Below, piece by piece: positions 10,212-21,700 of a stretch of 64,000 nt of DNA. Origin of the DNA: Candidatus Peribacteria bacterium (GTDB taxonomy: Bacteria; Patescibacteriota; Gracilibacteria; UBA1369; 2-02-FULL-48-14); the NCBI GenBank assembly GCA_943357175.1, contig CALRGE010000005.1:17190-81189 (forward strand), read 5' to 3'. The notes under the pieces were generated by a model. That model worked only from the letters and a program-made list of their open reading frames with translations. It did not search any database and was not told the origin of the DNA. Within the stretch, counting starts at the first letter, position 1. The number at the start of each line of letters is the position of its first letter. A program made the position numbers and the translations under genes.

Positions 10212-10976
10212 CTAAAAGAATCGCTTTTCCCTAACCCTCAGGTTAATCGAATGAGCAATTTCATGATGTTCTTTGCAGAGTGGCGCAAGATAGTTTGGGT
10301 CATGCTTCTGTGAAAGCGCGAAAGTTTGAGTGTGGTGGATAACTTCAGATGGTTTTTTACAGGTGGGGATGGAACATTTTGTACCAAATTCTTTCTTGTT
10401 TAATTTCTTCGTTTTTGCTGGAACCGGTCTACTTTTTGCCAATTCAACCGGCATAGCTTTCTCTTCTGCTATTTCTTCTTCACGTTTGTTAAGCGCGGCG
10501 CTGATTAACTCGTTGATGTCGATTCCTTTAAATTGAAGTTCAATTAATCGATTTTTGACTTCTTCATTTAAGGTTAAGGTCTGCACGTGCAAACCTGTAA
10601 ACTTTTCATCTCTAACTAGGGTTTCTACTGCTCGGTTTGATAGGTTTGAAACTACATTTAATAACTCTGCTTCATTCTCTTTTGTCGCAATCGAAACTAC
10701 TCTAGCTAACTTATTAATACTTACGTCTCCATTAACAAGTGCTTCGTGCAATCTTGGCATACTTTCGAATTTCTCCTCCAAGTTAAGCGCTAAACGAACC
10801 TGATCATTAGATAATCCTCCGAACTTTGCGGCGAACTCGAAAATAGAGCTACAGTTTTTCTTCTCGTACAACTTTCTTTTGTGAATTTCAGGCAAAAGTC
10901 CAATAAATTTCTGTCGCCAAAGCAGCGCATTCCGGCCATACAAACACGCGGTTTCAAGTAGTTCTTTATCGTTCAT
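10212..10976 (-). CDS. DUF222-like / HNH endonuclease-family protein
   Basis: C-terminal CxxxxC, HH and LCKEHH zinc-binding HNH signature; helical N-terminal domain; sits between housekeeping genes. Confidence 0.7.
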   Translation of the reverse strand: MNDKELLETACLYGRNALLWRQKFIGLLPEIHKRKLYEKKNCSSIFEFAAKFGGLSNDQVRLALNLEEKFESMPRLHEALVNGDVSINKLARVVSIATKENEAELLNVVSNLSNRAVETLVRDEKFTGLHVQTLTLNEEVKNRLIELQFKGIDINELISAALNKREEEIAEEKAMPVELAKSRPVPAKTKKLNKKEFGTKCSIPTCKKPSEVIHHTQTFALSQKHDPNYLAPLCKEHHEIAHSINLRVREKRFF

Positions 10977-11112
10977 TTTGGGTGGGGTTAAATCGAGAAA
11001 AGTATAGCAAAAATTCGACCAGTTTGCAGGTTAAATCGTCCACATCAGCTGGACAAATTGAGAGGTGAGTGTGCACTGACATTTCGCGGCCTACATAGGC
11101 AAAAACACTTCC

Positions 11113-11457
11113 TCAATCACCGCTAAAAATCTCCCTCGCCTTTTTCACATCGTCCTCAATTGCAATCACCAAATCTTCCACCGAATCAAACTTACGCACA
11201 TCACGAATTTTATCAAAAACCTCAACCTCCACTTCCCTTTCATACCAATCCTCATCAAAATCAAGAATGTGAATTTCAACACGCCTACCAAGAGAAAAAG
11301 TTGGAAGAGGGCCAAGATGCATCACAGCTGGCAGGCCCTCAACACGAACGCAATAAATTCCATCTTCCAAGTCCAAATCAGTCTCCAAATTCAAAGTTGG
11401 AAAGCCCAATTTTCGTCCTCTTTGATCTCCTTTTTTTACTTTGCCTGTAAATTTCAT
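11113..11457 (-). CDS. Stand-alone riboflavin kinase
   Basis: GDQRGRKLGFPTLN, VEIHILDFD and IRDVRKF; only the kinase half of RibF is present. Confidence 0.9.
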   Translation of the reverse strand: MKFTGKVKKGDQRGRKLGFPTLNLETDLDLEDGIYCVRVEGLPAVMHLGPLPTFSLGRRVEIHILDFDEDWYEREVEVEVFDKIRDVRKFDSVEDLVIAIEDDVKKAREIFSGD

Positions 11458-11500
11458 CGTTTGAATGCTAACATGCTTTCGATTTAAAAATAAGCATCAT

Positions 11501-11905
11501 ATGAAAAACCTATACGCAGTTTGGATTGACCACGAAAAAGCATTCATTGTTAAAGCTAACCCAATGGGTGACATGACATTTTCAACATTGCTCTCTGAAG
11601 TTGAACCGCACAGAAAAAGTACAGATCACGGCGGCGATCAATTTACAATCACGAATCAGAACAGAATGGAAGAAAGAAGATCGAACGAAATGCACTCTTT
11701 CACTAAAAGTATCGTGAGCCATTTGACTGATGCAGATGAAATTCTTGTTTGCGGACCATCGACTGCAAAGTTCGACCTCAAACATGAAATTGAAAAAAGC
11801 AAGCCGCTTGCAAGCAAGCTAACAAAAGTTGAAACTTGCGACAAAATGTCTGAAGCTGAGTTGAAAGAATACGCTAAAAAAGAGCTAAATCTTCCTCGAG
11901 ATTAA
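11501..11905 (+). CDS. eRF1-domain-like (baeRF / host-attachment-like) protein
   Basis: AVWIDHEKA, ILVCGPSTAK and VETCDKMS pattern; ATG start at 11501. Confidence 0.6.
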   Translation: MKNLYAVWIDHEKAFIVKANPMGDMTFSTLLSEVEPHRKSTDHGGDQFTITNQNRMEERRSNEMHSFTKSIVSHLTDADEILVCGPSTAKFDLKHEIEKSKPLASKLTKVETCDKMSEAELKEYAKKELNLPRD

Positions 11906-13110
11906 AGCATCGCTAAGAGCAACCAAAATTCAAAAGCCAGGTCATTTTTGAAAACCGGAGTATCAAAAATTCCGTGTATCAAAATAACTAGCAGCATCAT
12001 TGCAGCAACCGGCCGCTGCTTTGAGTCGTCTTCAAAAATCCACTTGATTGCATTCCAAATAAAATAGCCCAAACTAGCCAAACCTAGTAAACCTGTATTC
12101 AACCAAAGTGCAAAATACAAATTATGTGGATGAAGCATCACCCATTCAAAAGGTGCTGTTCCCAAAATTGAGACCGCTTGAGTTTGATAAACTTGTTCAA
12201 ATTGACCAAGCCCGATGCCCAAAAACGGATGCTGTTTAATTAAATCCCAAGCAATAGTATAAATCTGAACACGAACACCGCTCGAAGACCGATTTGTAAA
12301 ATCAAAAAATTGCTTGAATTTTTCGGTATCGGCTTGGCTATAAAACACTGCGCATAGAACTAGCAAAATCACAAAAATACCAGCAAGCCTAAAATGTGGA
12401 GCTTGTTTTCTTAAAAAGAGCAGAAAAGAAATTAGAAGACTTACCGAAACCGCAATCCAACTCGCATACGATTTTGTAAAAAACAATGCTCCCCCACAAA
12501 TCAAAGTAGCAAAAATGAGTAAAATTTTCTCAAAACCATCCTCCTCCTTTATAGAAGACAAAACACCATAAACAAAAATAGGACCCAAATAAAGTGCCAA
12601 GTAATTTGCTGATTCAAATGGACCAGAAGCTCGTAAATCTGGCGTAGAAAAATCACCTGTCCAAACCTGATACAATGCATAAATTGAAAGCAAAGTGCCA
12701 GATAACAAAAGTGCCCGTAATGAAGTTTCAATCAAAGATGGCTTCTCCTGAAAATAGAATCTGGCCATAAAGAAATATAGTATCGGTGCAAGAATCCAAC
12801 CTTTTAAAATGCCGAGTGCTTTGGCGAATCCATGAAATTCTGTACCATCAACAAAATAAGAAAGCTGAGGAACAATCACAGTGCTCAAAACAGCCGCCGC
12901 AACAAAAATAATTACCGGCCAGACTAAAAAAATTCTCGGCGTTTCCCAAGCTCTTTCACGATAAATAAAATATAAAAATGAAAAGCCTAAAATCACTTCC
13001 GGCAAAGTTACAGGAAAGCCAAAGGCACTACCCCTAATTAGATAAAGTGGGAAAAGCAGCGGCATCATCGCAATCAACCTCGGGAAAATTCCTCCTCGCA
13101 AAGTTGGCAT
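11902..13110 (-). CDS. O-antigen ligase-family membrane protein
   Basis: RASGPFESAN, HPFLGIGLGQF, HPHN and GLLG motifs. Confidence 0.85.
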   Translation of the reverse strand: MPTLRGGIFPRLIAMMPLLFPLYLIRGSAFGFPVTLPEVILGFSFLYFIYRERAWETPRIFLVWPVIIFVAAAVLSTVIVPQLSYFVDGTEFHGFAKALGILKGWILAPILYFFMARFYFQEKPSLIETSLRALLLSGTLLSIYALYQVWTGDFSTPDLRASGPFESANYLALYLGPIFVYGVLSSIKEEDGFEKILLIFATLICGGALFFTKSYASWIAVSVSLLISFLLFLRKQAPHFRLAGIFVILLVLCAVFYSQADTEKFKQFFDFTNRSSSGVRVQIYTIAWDLIKQHPFLGIGLGQFEQVYQTQAVSILGTAPFEWVMLHPHNLYFALWLNTGLLGLASLGYFIWNAIKWIFEDDSKQRPVAAMMLLVILIHGIFDTPVFKNDLAFEFWLLLAML

Positions 13111-13114
13111 AAAA

Positions 13115-13780
13115 TTATTTTAAGGCCAGGCAAAGTTCTCTCAAAATATCCATAGGTTTTGGAGCGCGCACAACTCCACTTGCAACCAAAATTCCACATG
13201 CACCTAATTCTTTCGCAACTTTCACATCATTTGCAGTTTTAATTCCTGCCCCAACCAAAACTCGATTAGATCCTAAAATTTTAACAGCATCGCTAATTAA
13301 ATGTGGCTTTGCTGTTGAAACTGAAACTTCACCACCAATCAAATCCGGCGGCTCAATAGCAATCAAATCAGGATTAAATTTCACAAGATATTCACATTCT
13401 TCAACTGACTCAGCGCAAACCACAGAAAACATTCCGTCAATCTTCATCTGCGCTATTGCAGCTGCCATGTGGTCGTCACCAATTCGCCTTTCCGAGTGAT
13501 TCAACAAAGATCCATCAACACCAAGCGGCTTCAAAATTGTTACTGGAATATGGCCTGTGAAAGCACCGTAACCAACACCATCAACATGTTGAGCCAAAAC
13601 CGGTATTGAAACCGACGCAGCAATTAGCGCCAAATCAACAGCCTGAACCGCAACCGCAATATTCACACCAATTTCATTCGCCAATCTTTCAATATCTTTG
13701 GCCATATTTTGACCGTTGACACCTGTTGATTCTTGATAAGCCTTAAAATTCACAATCACTAGCGGCAAATTGAAATTCAT
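13115..13780 (-). CDS. tpiA: Triosephosphate isomerase, short archaeal type
   Basis: VNFKAY, NHSE, AIEPPDLIGG and GILVASG; 221 aa. Confidence 0.92.
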   Translation of the reverse strand: MNFNLPLVIVNFKAYQESTGVNGQNMAKDIERLANEIGVNIAVAVQAVDLALIAASVSIPVLAQHVDGVGYGAFTGHIPVTILKPLGVDGSLLNHSERRIGDDHMAAAIAQMKIDGMFSVVCAESVEECEYLVKFNPDLIAIEPPDLIGGEVSVSTAKPHLISDAVKILGSNRVLVGAGIKTANDVKVAKELGACGILVASGVVRAPKPMDILRELCLALK

Positions 13781-13900
13781 ATTTTTAAATTAGTACGCCT
13801 ACAATTTCCCACGACACGCCAAAAAGCCAAGCGAACGCTGTTGCAAAAATACATTTTTTGTGGTAAGATAACGAGATAAATAAAAACTAAAACAAAAAGT

Positions 13901-16900
13901 ATGGCAATACGATGTATAAATTACGGCTTCATTAAGCCATTCGGGAAGAGTGTAGTGTTTTCAGATGCGCCAGACTCTACACCGGAAGTTAAGAGCTCAC
14001 CATTTACTGATCAAGAAAAATTAGATGTGTTTAATGCACAAGTTGAGAAAAATCTAGAATCAAAAAACCAAGAGGTAATAAAACACTTAATGGAGGCTTT
14101 AACTAAAGATGGCGGAACAATTGATGCAGAGGAATATAAAAACCTGCGAGATTGGATGTATAAACTAGACGGCCTTGAAAAACAATTAAGTGATGGCGTT
14201 ATAGACAAAAAAGCATATGAGGAATCTGTTACTGCTTTAAGATCAGTTGCATGGGGTGATAACTTAGAAATTCCTGCAGACACAATTAAAGAATTAGAAT
14301 TATTGCACAAGCAGGCGGAAGAGAGATTACAATTACGAGAAGCTTATACAAAATCTGTTGTAAAACTTGAATTCCTTGTAGGTGGAAATGGAAGATTAAC
14401 ACAGGCAGATATTGGATCAGAATTCGCAAATGATTCATCATACAAAATTGACTTCGGTAATTTAACTGAAAATGATGCGCTAAGCGCACAAAAAAAATAT
14501 GGACTAAAAGACATGTTACCGGCAAATGTTAAATCTGTAATGATTACTGCACCAAGTAAAGATGCAAGACTGGCAACAAAAGGCACTGATGGCAAATTCT
14601 ATTATAAAGATAATGGGAAATACGCTTCAGTCTTCCAAAATTACGAAATTAAAATCTCAGGTTCTGAAGTAAGCGCAGAGGAAAAAGCAAAAATTGATGC
14701 AGATGCTCAAGCAGTGCTTGATGAAGCAGGAGATCCGGAAGTTCTTCAAAGAATTGAGGACAAAGATAAAATCGCAGAATATGAGACAACTCTTGTTGCT
14801 GAAACAAAAGAAGAAGATTTTTCTGAGTATTGGAAAATTAAAGATGATTTTTCAGAAAATGCAAAAATTCAAATACCGGAAGCAATCCAAAAAATGGATC
14901 CGGCTCAATTTGCAGCCGATCTTCCTTATATGGCTCATGGAAGAGAAGTTGGAGAAGCGCTGACTCAACTAGATCCAAGCAGACAAATACAGGATGTTTA
15001 TTCAGATATAAGAAACAGGAAACTTGCTCCAAACCACATCAGTCTAGATGAGATTTCATTATCTATAAAAGGTAAACATAATTGGGAAATTTCGAATCAA
15101 ATCCCGAACGAAGATAGCTTTAAAGAAATATTAATTTTAGATGAAATTGAATCAAATGAAAAATATACTAGTAAAAGAGCTGAAATAGTGAAATTAGTAA
15201 GAAATGCAACCGGATTTGATAATAGTCAAATTGAAGCGGTATTGGACAATCGTGCAACAGTGGTTGAGAAGAAAAAGAGTTTTGAAGAAGTCAAATCATT
15301 CATTGCTGCATCAGCAAAATTGATGAGAGAAGTTCCAAAACTTGAACCAAAAGAAAAAGCTGATACATATGACGAAAAGTTTATAATCAAAGATTTAGGG
15401 CAAGTTGAAACAGTTGCAAAATTCATCTTTCCAGATCATGCAAGTAAAGGCCCTGTTGCTTTTAGAACTTTCTTACAGAAAATTTTAGGTAAAGGAAAAG
15501 GTACACTTAATATGGAGAATTTACATTCCAGAACAGGAATTGTTGGCAGCGATTTGGAGAAAACCGCTTCCGGTGAATCTGCATATGTTCAATTAGTTGC
15601 ATCTGCAATTGGATTTGGCCCAGAAGGTGAACCAGTTGTAAATAAGGAGGTTTTTGTTGCAAAATTAAATGAATTAAGAAAATTAGGATTAGATAATGTT
15701 GCATCAAGCTCAAATAAAGACTTAATTGCTAGATCTGAAGATCCTGCAAATAAAGAGTATTTGGATAAACCAATTACAAATGATTATATCTTTGGTGAAA
15801 CTGCAGAAGGTGTTACTGAACTTGAACGAGATCTGATGCAATTAGGATTTAGTAGAAATACAGAAATACAAAGAGTAACAGACATATATGAATACTCAGA
15901 AGCACAAAAGAAATACCCTGAGATTTTTGCAGGATTAGACCCGGTTAGAACACCAATTCTAAGTGCAATTATCAAAAACAATCCTCAAATAAGCGAAGCT
16001 GATTTGAAAAAAACATCAGAGATTGTAAAAGAAAACATGCTAATTATGGCAGGTGTCAGCTATCATCAAAAAATAGTTGATGACCAGAGAAATGTAACAA
16101 ATCACCCGGGTAAAACAGTTACAGATATAGTTCATGGAGCAATCGCAAAAACTTTTGATACTCCTGCAGGAACATTAATATTGGCTGTTGATTCAACAGG
16201 GAATATAAGTGTAGCGATTCAAAACGAACAAAAATTAGATAAGAAAGGCCGTGTTAGATTGGAAGAAACTGCCGGAGTAAGTGCAGGCCTAGATGGAACA
16301 AGAGTCGGTGGATCAATAATGTTAAAAATCTCGCCAGACAAATACTTAGAACATAATCTTGTTCTTGGAGCCGCAGCAGGTGCAGCACTCGACAGAAATC
16401 CTGGATTTGGATTGGCACTTGTACTTGGTTACGAATTAAATCTTGAAGGAACTCAAGCAAGGTTAGAAGCAAAATATTCTGAAGATCCTGAATTAAATGC
16501 AAAATTAGATGCTGAGTATAAAGCATTCGAAGCAGAGCTAATTGCTAAGAATGTTCCGCCTGAACTTAGAAAAGCATTATTGGCAAACACAACTAAGTTT
16601 GTTGAAGATAACAGAAGTGGACAAGCAGTAAATGACATGCCTAAAGTTGTTTTAAAACAAGCATCAGTTGCCATAACCGAACATGGTTTTGGAGTAGCTA
16701 TTACTGTTGGATTTAAAGGAAAAGATGAAATTTTCTATTCAATTCCAGAACAACCAGACCAAAATGAGAGCGCACGCGCAAAAATATATGAACAACTTAC
16801 ATCAAAAATGGGTGCAGATATGCAAAGCGCAACACAAGTATACGTTGCAGGAGAAATGATGATGACAGCAGATGGTTATAAAACTATCTCTAAATCAGAA

Positions 16901-18625
16901 GTAGAAAAAGATAAATTGGAATCTATTAATGCTCAACTTGCAGTTCAAGGGCTCCAATTAATCCCAGTTGAAACTGAAAATGGGGAGAATCGATTAAGAT
17001 TACGAGTAACAAAAGTTCATGGAAATGTTGATATTTTCACAGATAACACATCTGGAATAGAAACATATCCATCAAGTAAAGGTGATGTATTTATCAATAT
17101 TGATGAAGCTGATAAGATTTCAATTCAAAGAATTGACAGCTATAGCCAATTAAGAAAAGGCGGCGGTGTTTTAAATACTGAAATTTTTATTTCAAATGAT
17201 ATTAGAAAACCAACAGAACTGATAAAACGAAATAGCTCAGGTATGATTCATACAGAAAGCAACATAGCAAGTGGTCAAACACTTGATGCAATATTCATTC
17301 CAAATAGTGAGAACGCTGCCGGATCATTCGATAGTGAAGCTGACGCAAAAGCTGCAGGAATCGAAATAAATGATCTATATGCAGATATGCAAGATGTGAA
17401 GGCTGCCGGAGCTGAAATGGATAAAGCACTTCGAAGTGGCGAATATGAATCTTCATTAAGTGAAGATAAACGAAAAGAACTTACCAAATATGCGAAAGAA
17501 ATTGTTGGTGATGATGAAAAGCTATACAGACGGCTATCTGTTGACATGAAAGCAGAAGAAATTACTGCATTAATCCTAAAAAATCCAAATTGTCAAAATT
17601 TAAGTCCAAAAGAAATGACTTATATGCATCAAGCTTTGATGGTTGCCAGCCTTGCGGCACCAAAAAAAGATGCGGAATTTGTTAGACACATTCAAGAATG
17701 GAATAGAACTGCTTTAGAAAGTCAGTTGAAAGATAAAGGTATGAAAGGAGTTGATGCTAAAAACATCTCAACAAAAATAATGAAGTCTTATGGTGAATCA
17801 TTAACAAAGTGGTTTGCTGAGGGCCATGCTGAAGAAAATTTCGGCAAATTCTCAATACCGAGTGGAGCAATCGTCCAAATTCAAGTAGGAACACAAAAAA
17901 TTGAGGGTTATAGACAGGCTTTCTATCAACCTGAGGGTTCTCCAGCAATACTTGGTGGAGTAAATCTTACGGACGATGTCTATCTAACAGGTACAATGAA
18001 ATTAACTCCTGAGGAAGCTAAACTTTTCCAAGATGCAATGACTGCACGGCTCTCCCCTATGGAAACAACAGAACAAGTATTAAAGAGCCAGTTAGGATTA
18101 AGCGTATTATCTGCCTCTGAAATTATTTTTGGTGCTGATAAATGTAGAGAATTAACAGCAATAGTAAACAATAAAGACCCACAACTGAGATTAGGTGGAT
18201 CAACCTTAGATGAATTCTTAAAGCTTGTTCATGAACTTAGAGAGAAAGGCAGAGTAACAAGGCCAGATGGAATGATATTAAATGTAAACTTAACAAAAGA
18301 AATGGGATTCTATGAAGCTTGCAGAAATTTCACAATGGTAATGGATGAAAAACTTTCAATTACCGTTCCAAGAATGGCAGGAAGAGTGGAACTAACCTCA
18401 TACATCACTGGCAAGAAACAAGCACATTATAACAGCATAGCAGTTGCAACTTTCATAAGTACAGATGAGAAAGTAAAGCCACCACATGAGAGACCAGAGG
18501 CAGAGGAAGAAGATAATGTAGGTGAAAAAACACCTCCAATTGCGCTTGAACCTGATCAAGTCATACCAGATGTAATTAGAGCTAACGCTGATGGAAGCAA
18601 CAGCAGTGGAGTGCCAACAGAATAA
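13901..18625 (+). CDS. Giant hypothetical protein (1574 aa)
   Basis: Uninterrupted long ORF; no family motif recognised; central Gly/hydrophobic strand-like region. Confidence 0.8.
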   Translation: MAIRCINYGFIKPFGKSVVFSDAPDSTPEVKSSPFTDQEKLDVFNAQVEKNLESKNQEVIKHLMEALTKDGGTIDAEEYKNLRDWMYKLDGLEKQLSDGVIDKKAYEESVTALRSVAWGDNLEIPADTIKELELLHKQAEERLQLREAYTKSVVKLEFLVGGNGRLTQADIGSEFANDSSYKIDFGNLTENDALSAQKKYGLKDMLPANVKSVMITAPSKDARLATKGTDGKFYYKDNGKYASVFQNYEIKISGSEVSAEEKAKIDADAQAVLDEAGDPEVLQRIEDKDKIAEYETTLVAETKEEDFSEYWKIKDDFSENAKIQIPEAIQKMDPAQFAADLPYMAHGREVGEALTQLDPSRQIQDVYSDIRNRKLAPNHISLDEISLSIKGKHNWEISNQIPNEDSFKEILILDEIESNEKYTSKRAEIVKLVRNATGFDNSQIEAVLDNRATVVEKKKSFEEVKSFIAASAKLMREVPKLEPKEKADTYDEKFIIKDLGQVETVAKFIFPDHASKGPVAFRTFLQKILGKGKGTLNMENLHSRTGIVGSDLEKTASGESAYVQLVASAIGFGPEGEPVVNKEVFVAKLNELRKLGLDNVASSSNKDLIARSEDPANKEYLDKPITNDYIFGETAEGVTELERDLMQLGFSRNTEIQRVTDIYEYSEAQKKYPEIFAGLDPVRTPILSAIIKNNPQISEADLKKTSEIVKENMLIMAGVSYHQKIVDDQRNVTNHPGKTVTDIVHGAIAKTFDTPAGTLILAVDSTGNISVAIQNEQKLDKKGRVRLEETAGVSAGLDGTRVGGSIMLKISPDKYLEHNLVLGAAAGAALDRNPGFGLALVLGYELNLEGTQARLEAKYSEDPELNAKLDAEYKAFEAELIAKNVPPELRKALLANTTKFVEDNRSGQAVNDMPKVVLKQASVAITEHGFGVAITVGFKGKDEIFYSIPEQPDQNESARAKIYEQLTSKMGADMQSATQVYVAGEMMMTADGYKTISKSEVEKDKLESINAQLAVQGLQLIPVETENGENRLRLRVTKVHGNVDIFTDNTSGIETYPSSKGDVFINIDEADKISIQRIDSYSQLRKGGGVLNTEIFISNDIRKPTELIKRNSSGMIHTESNIASGQTLDAIFIPNSENAAGSFDSEADAKAAGIEINDLYADMQDVKAAGAEMDKALRSGEYESSLSEDKRKELTKYAKEIVGDDEKLYRRLSVDMKAEEITALILKNPNCQNLSPKEMTYMHQALMVASLAAPKKDAEFVRHIQEWNRTALESQLKDKGMKGVDAKNISTKIMKSYGESLTKWFAEGHAEENFGKFSIPSGAIVQIQVGTQKIEGYRQAFYQPEGSPAILGGVNLTDDVYLTGTMKLTPEEAKLFQDAMTARLSPMETTEQVLKSQLGLSVLSASEIIFGADKCRELTAIVNNKDPQLRLGGSTLDEFLKLVHELREKGRVTRPDGMILNVNLTKEMGFYEACRNFTMVMDEKLSITVPRMAGRVELTSYITGKKQAHYNSIAVATFISTDEKVKPPHERPEAEEEDNVGEKTPPIALEPDQVIPDVIRANADGSNSSGVPTE

Positions 18626-18634
18626 AAAATTAAT

Positions 18635-18784
18635 ATGAAAAAAATCACAATAATCAGCTTATTACTTCTAATGCTTACGGCATGTACAAATGAAGCTGCC
18701 AAAAAATATGCCAATCCTATCCAAAATATGGATGGAATCTCACAAAGAAGCACTTCAATAGAAACTAATACAGTACCTGAATAA
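18635..18784 (+). CDS. Small lipoprotein, 49 aa (not in ORF track)
   Basis: MKKITIISLLLLMLTA-CTNEAAKKY with LTAC lipobox; stop overlaps next ATG (TAATG). Confidence 0.75.
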   Translation: MKKITIISLLLLMLTACTNEAAKKYANPIQNMDGISQRSTSIETNTVPE

Positions 18785-21700
18785 TGAATAAAATTAAAAC
18801 ATACACACTCGCATTAATCTCTGGACTAACACTTGGATTTTTAATTCAACTGAGTCCAATTAGTTCAGCATATTCAGTAGATCTTCAAGTAGTGGATGAA
18901 TTAGAACAGACCCTTATTTGTAGTTTAGAGGCAACACATATTCATGCATACACAAATGAATCAGGCCCAACAGACGGGATTGAATATTGGGCAAGAACAA
19001 ACAAATTCAGAATTTACCTTCATGATGATTTCATGAGTAACGTGGATTTAGACACTTTGGAATGTAGCTCAGGCGGAAGGTGGATCTCATGTGATGGTGG
19101 AACAAGTACATCAGATGGAGGTACAAGCGTTGAATTTGTACAAAACGATAGATCAAGTGACGCTGTTTATCCTGATTACGTTGAATGGACATATGGAAAT
19201 ACAACAGCAAGTGATTCACCAATCATGCCAGGTTATAATGACTACGACCAAGATGGAGACATTGACACATCTCCAGAATCAGACAGAACAATGGGTGAAT
19301 ATTTAACCTATGATTTTATTGAAGATGATAGTGGAAAAGCCAGCACTACATCATCAATTTATATTAAATTTTGGGCATACGACATTGAAGATGACACTTG
19401 GACCGCAATTGAAGAAGATGGAGAAACTGATTATCACTGGAATAACCATACTGGTACAAATATAACAAATTATACTTGTCCTGCTGCAGGCTGTGCCTTA
19501 ATGACAATCACCCCAGACGAAGTCGGCGTAGACAATCTCTACACAAGCACAGACTTCGAAGTAACTGCATACGACTCGGAAGGAACAGACATTACCGCAG
19601 ATTTAGAAGATGAAGATGGTTTTGATTATACAGCAACCGGAGAAGGTGCATTCAAATATTTATGGACTACGAGGCAAACCCTAAGCGGTGCCGACGCAAC
19701 ACAAACCTACAAAAAAGCAGGTGCAGGTGATTCTTTCACTGTCGAAGCAGTGGGTTATGAAGATACTTGTAAAGTTGAAATCGCATTCCCTTATTGTGAA
19801 GATTTAACGGTCAACGAGCCAATCATGCCAATATTCTCATCTGCTCCTTATACAACAGATATTGATATTGATGTGACAGCTTCAAACGGTGAAGTTTGGC
19901 CTTTCGATATCACTTATACTTCAGATGATTCTGATGCTACTTTTGACGGAGAGACCTCACCTTACACAACAACAGAAACAAACGTCGCCTACTCAAGTTC
20001 AGTCAGCGCTCAAGTTGACATCGAAGCAGACCACGACGACGCAGGTCTTTGTAAAACAAATTTCTCTTACACAATTACAGAAGAAGAAACTCCTGATCAA
20101 TACTGCACTCTTTTGGAACTAGAAAGAATCGATTCAACAAATTGCTGGACATATGACATTACAAACAGTCAATCATTCCAAGGCACTCTTTACGCCGAAG
20201 GTTACACAGACTCAACAGGAACAACCCTCGCCACATCAAAACTTAAAATTGATAGTGAATCTTTTGCTAATCCTGCAAGTTCAACACTTCAAAATTTAAC
20301 AAGTGATTACTCCGGTAAAATTTGCTGGCCGGAATATGAAGTAGGAAATTATCTTAAGGTTTATGTTGAAGATGAAGATTCTTGTTTGGCAGAATATGTT
20401 GAAACGATCCCTGCTATTTGTAACGACATTGAAGTAACACCTTCAAGCGGAAATTGCTGGACTTATGAGCTTAATAACGAAGCAGATTTCAACGGTACAC
20501 TTTGTGCTGCAGGTTACACAGACAACACAAAAGCAACAACAAACGGTACAATTACAATTTATGACGAACGTGAAAAGTCAGTAAGCGGAAACGAAGCATG
20601 TGTGGAATTAAAAAATCCAAAAAGCATATATGAAGGTTCAATCTGCTGGCCAGAATACGTAAAAGGAAATTACTTAGATGTTTACGTCGAAGATCAAAAC
20701 ATGTGTCTTTATAATTACGAAGACACAACACCTGAAGAAGAAACTCCAGGAGAAACTAGCGGTGGTCCTGGTGCCCCAACAAATGTCTTTGGGAATGGAG
20801 GAGGAGTAATAGATTCACCAGGTATTGAGCTTCCTGATTCAGTTATCACTATAGTATACCCTGAACTTTCAGGAACACTTTCAAAATATGTTTACACATT
20901 CAACTTCGCAGATCAAAAAAAGTTGGAACCTGATGTAGATAGAAATATGTTTCCTTCACATGATTTAGATTATGCATTTTACACACTTGAATATGACCCT
21001 GAAGAAGGTGAATCATACATCACTTTCGGTGATGACATGTGGATAAACGATATAAGTGGATACTTTGGTAACAGCGAACCATCAAGTGGATCTGTTAAAT
21101 TATTATCAGATACAAGCGAATTAAGCACATACGAATCAACAAAGAGATTAGGCTTAACCGACGCTCTTGAATCAGGTTCAGATGACATTGGAAATGCAGC
21201 AATCGGAAGATATTGGATTCCATATATTAGTAATGATAACGGAAATAAAACTGAGATATTTGATTGTACTTCATACCCAGACAATGTTTGTTATAATCTC
21301 GATTATAATCCTGTAGATACAAGCAATGTCTTAATTCAAAATGCAGATCTTTTAAATGAAGATGAAGTGATAAGAATTAGATATGTTGGAAGAGTTCACC
21401 AAACAGAAGGACTTTGTGAGGATGAGGACAGAAAAAATCCTGATGGAACAACTGACGCATGTTTAACAGAAACATTCGACAACAATGGATATGTAATTGC
21501 ATATGGTGGTTATCAAGGAATTACTGCGCAAGCAAAAATCGTAGTTTTATGTCAGTATATTGTGACTAGAAATGCAGGTGACGTTTATCTTGATGATGTA
21601 TTACCAAGCGGTAGTGATATTTCATGTATTAACTGGGGCGAGGTAACTGAAGGTGAAGAATACGCCAACATTGAAGGAATTATTGTTAATAACTATTCCA

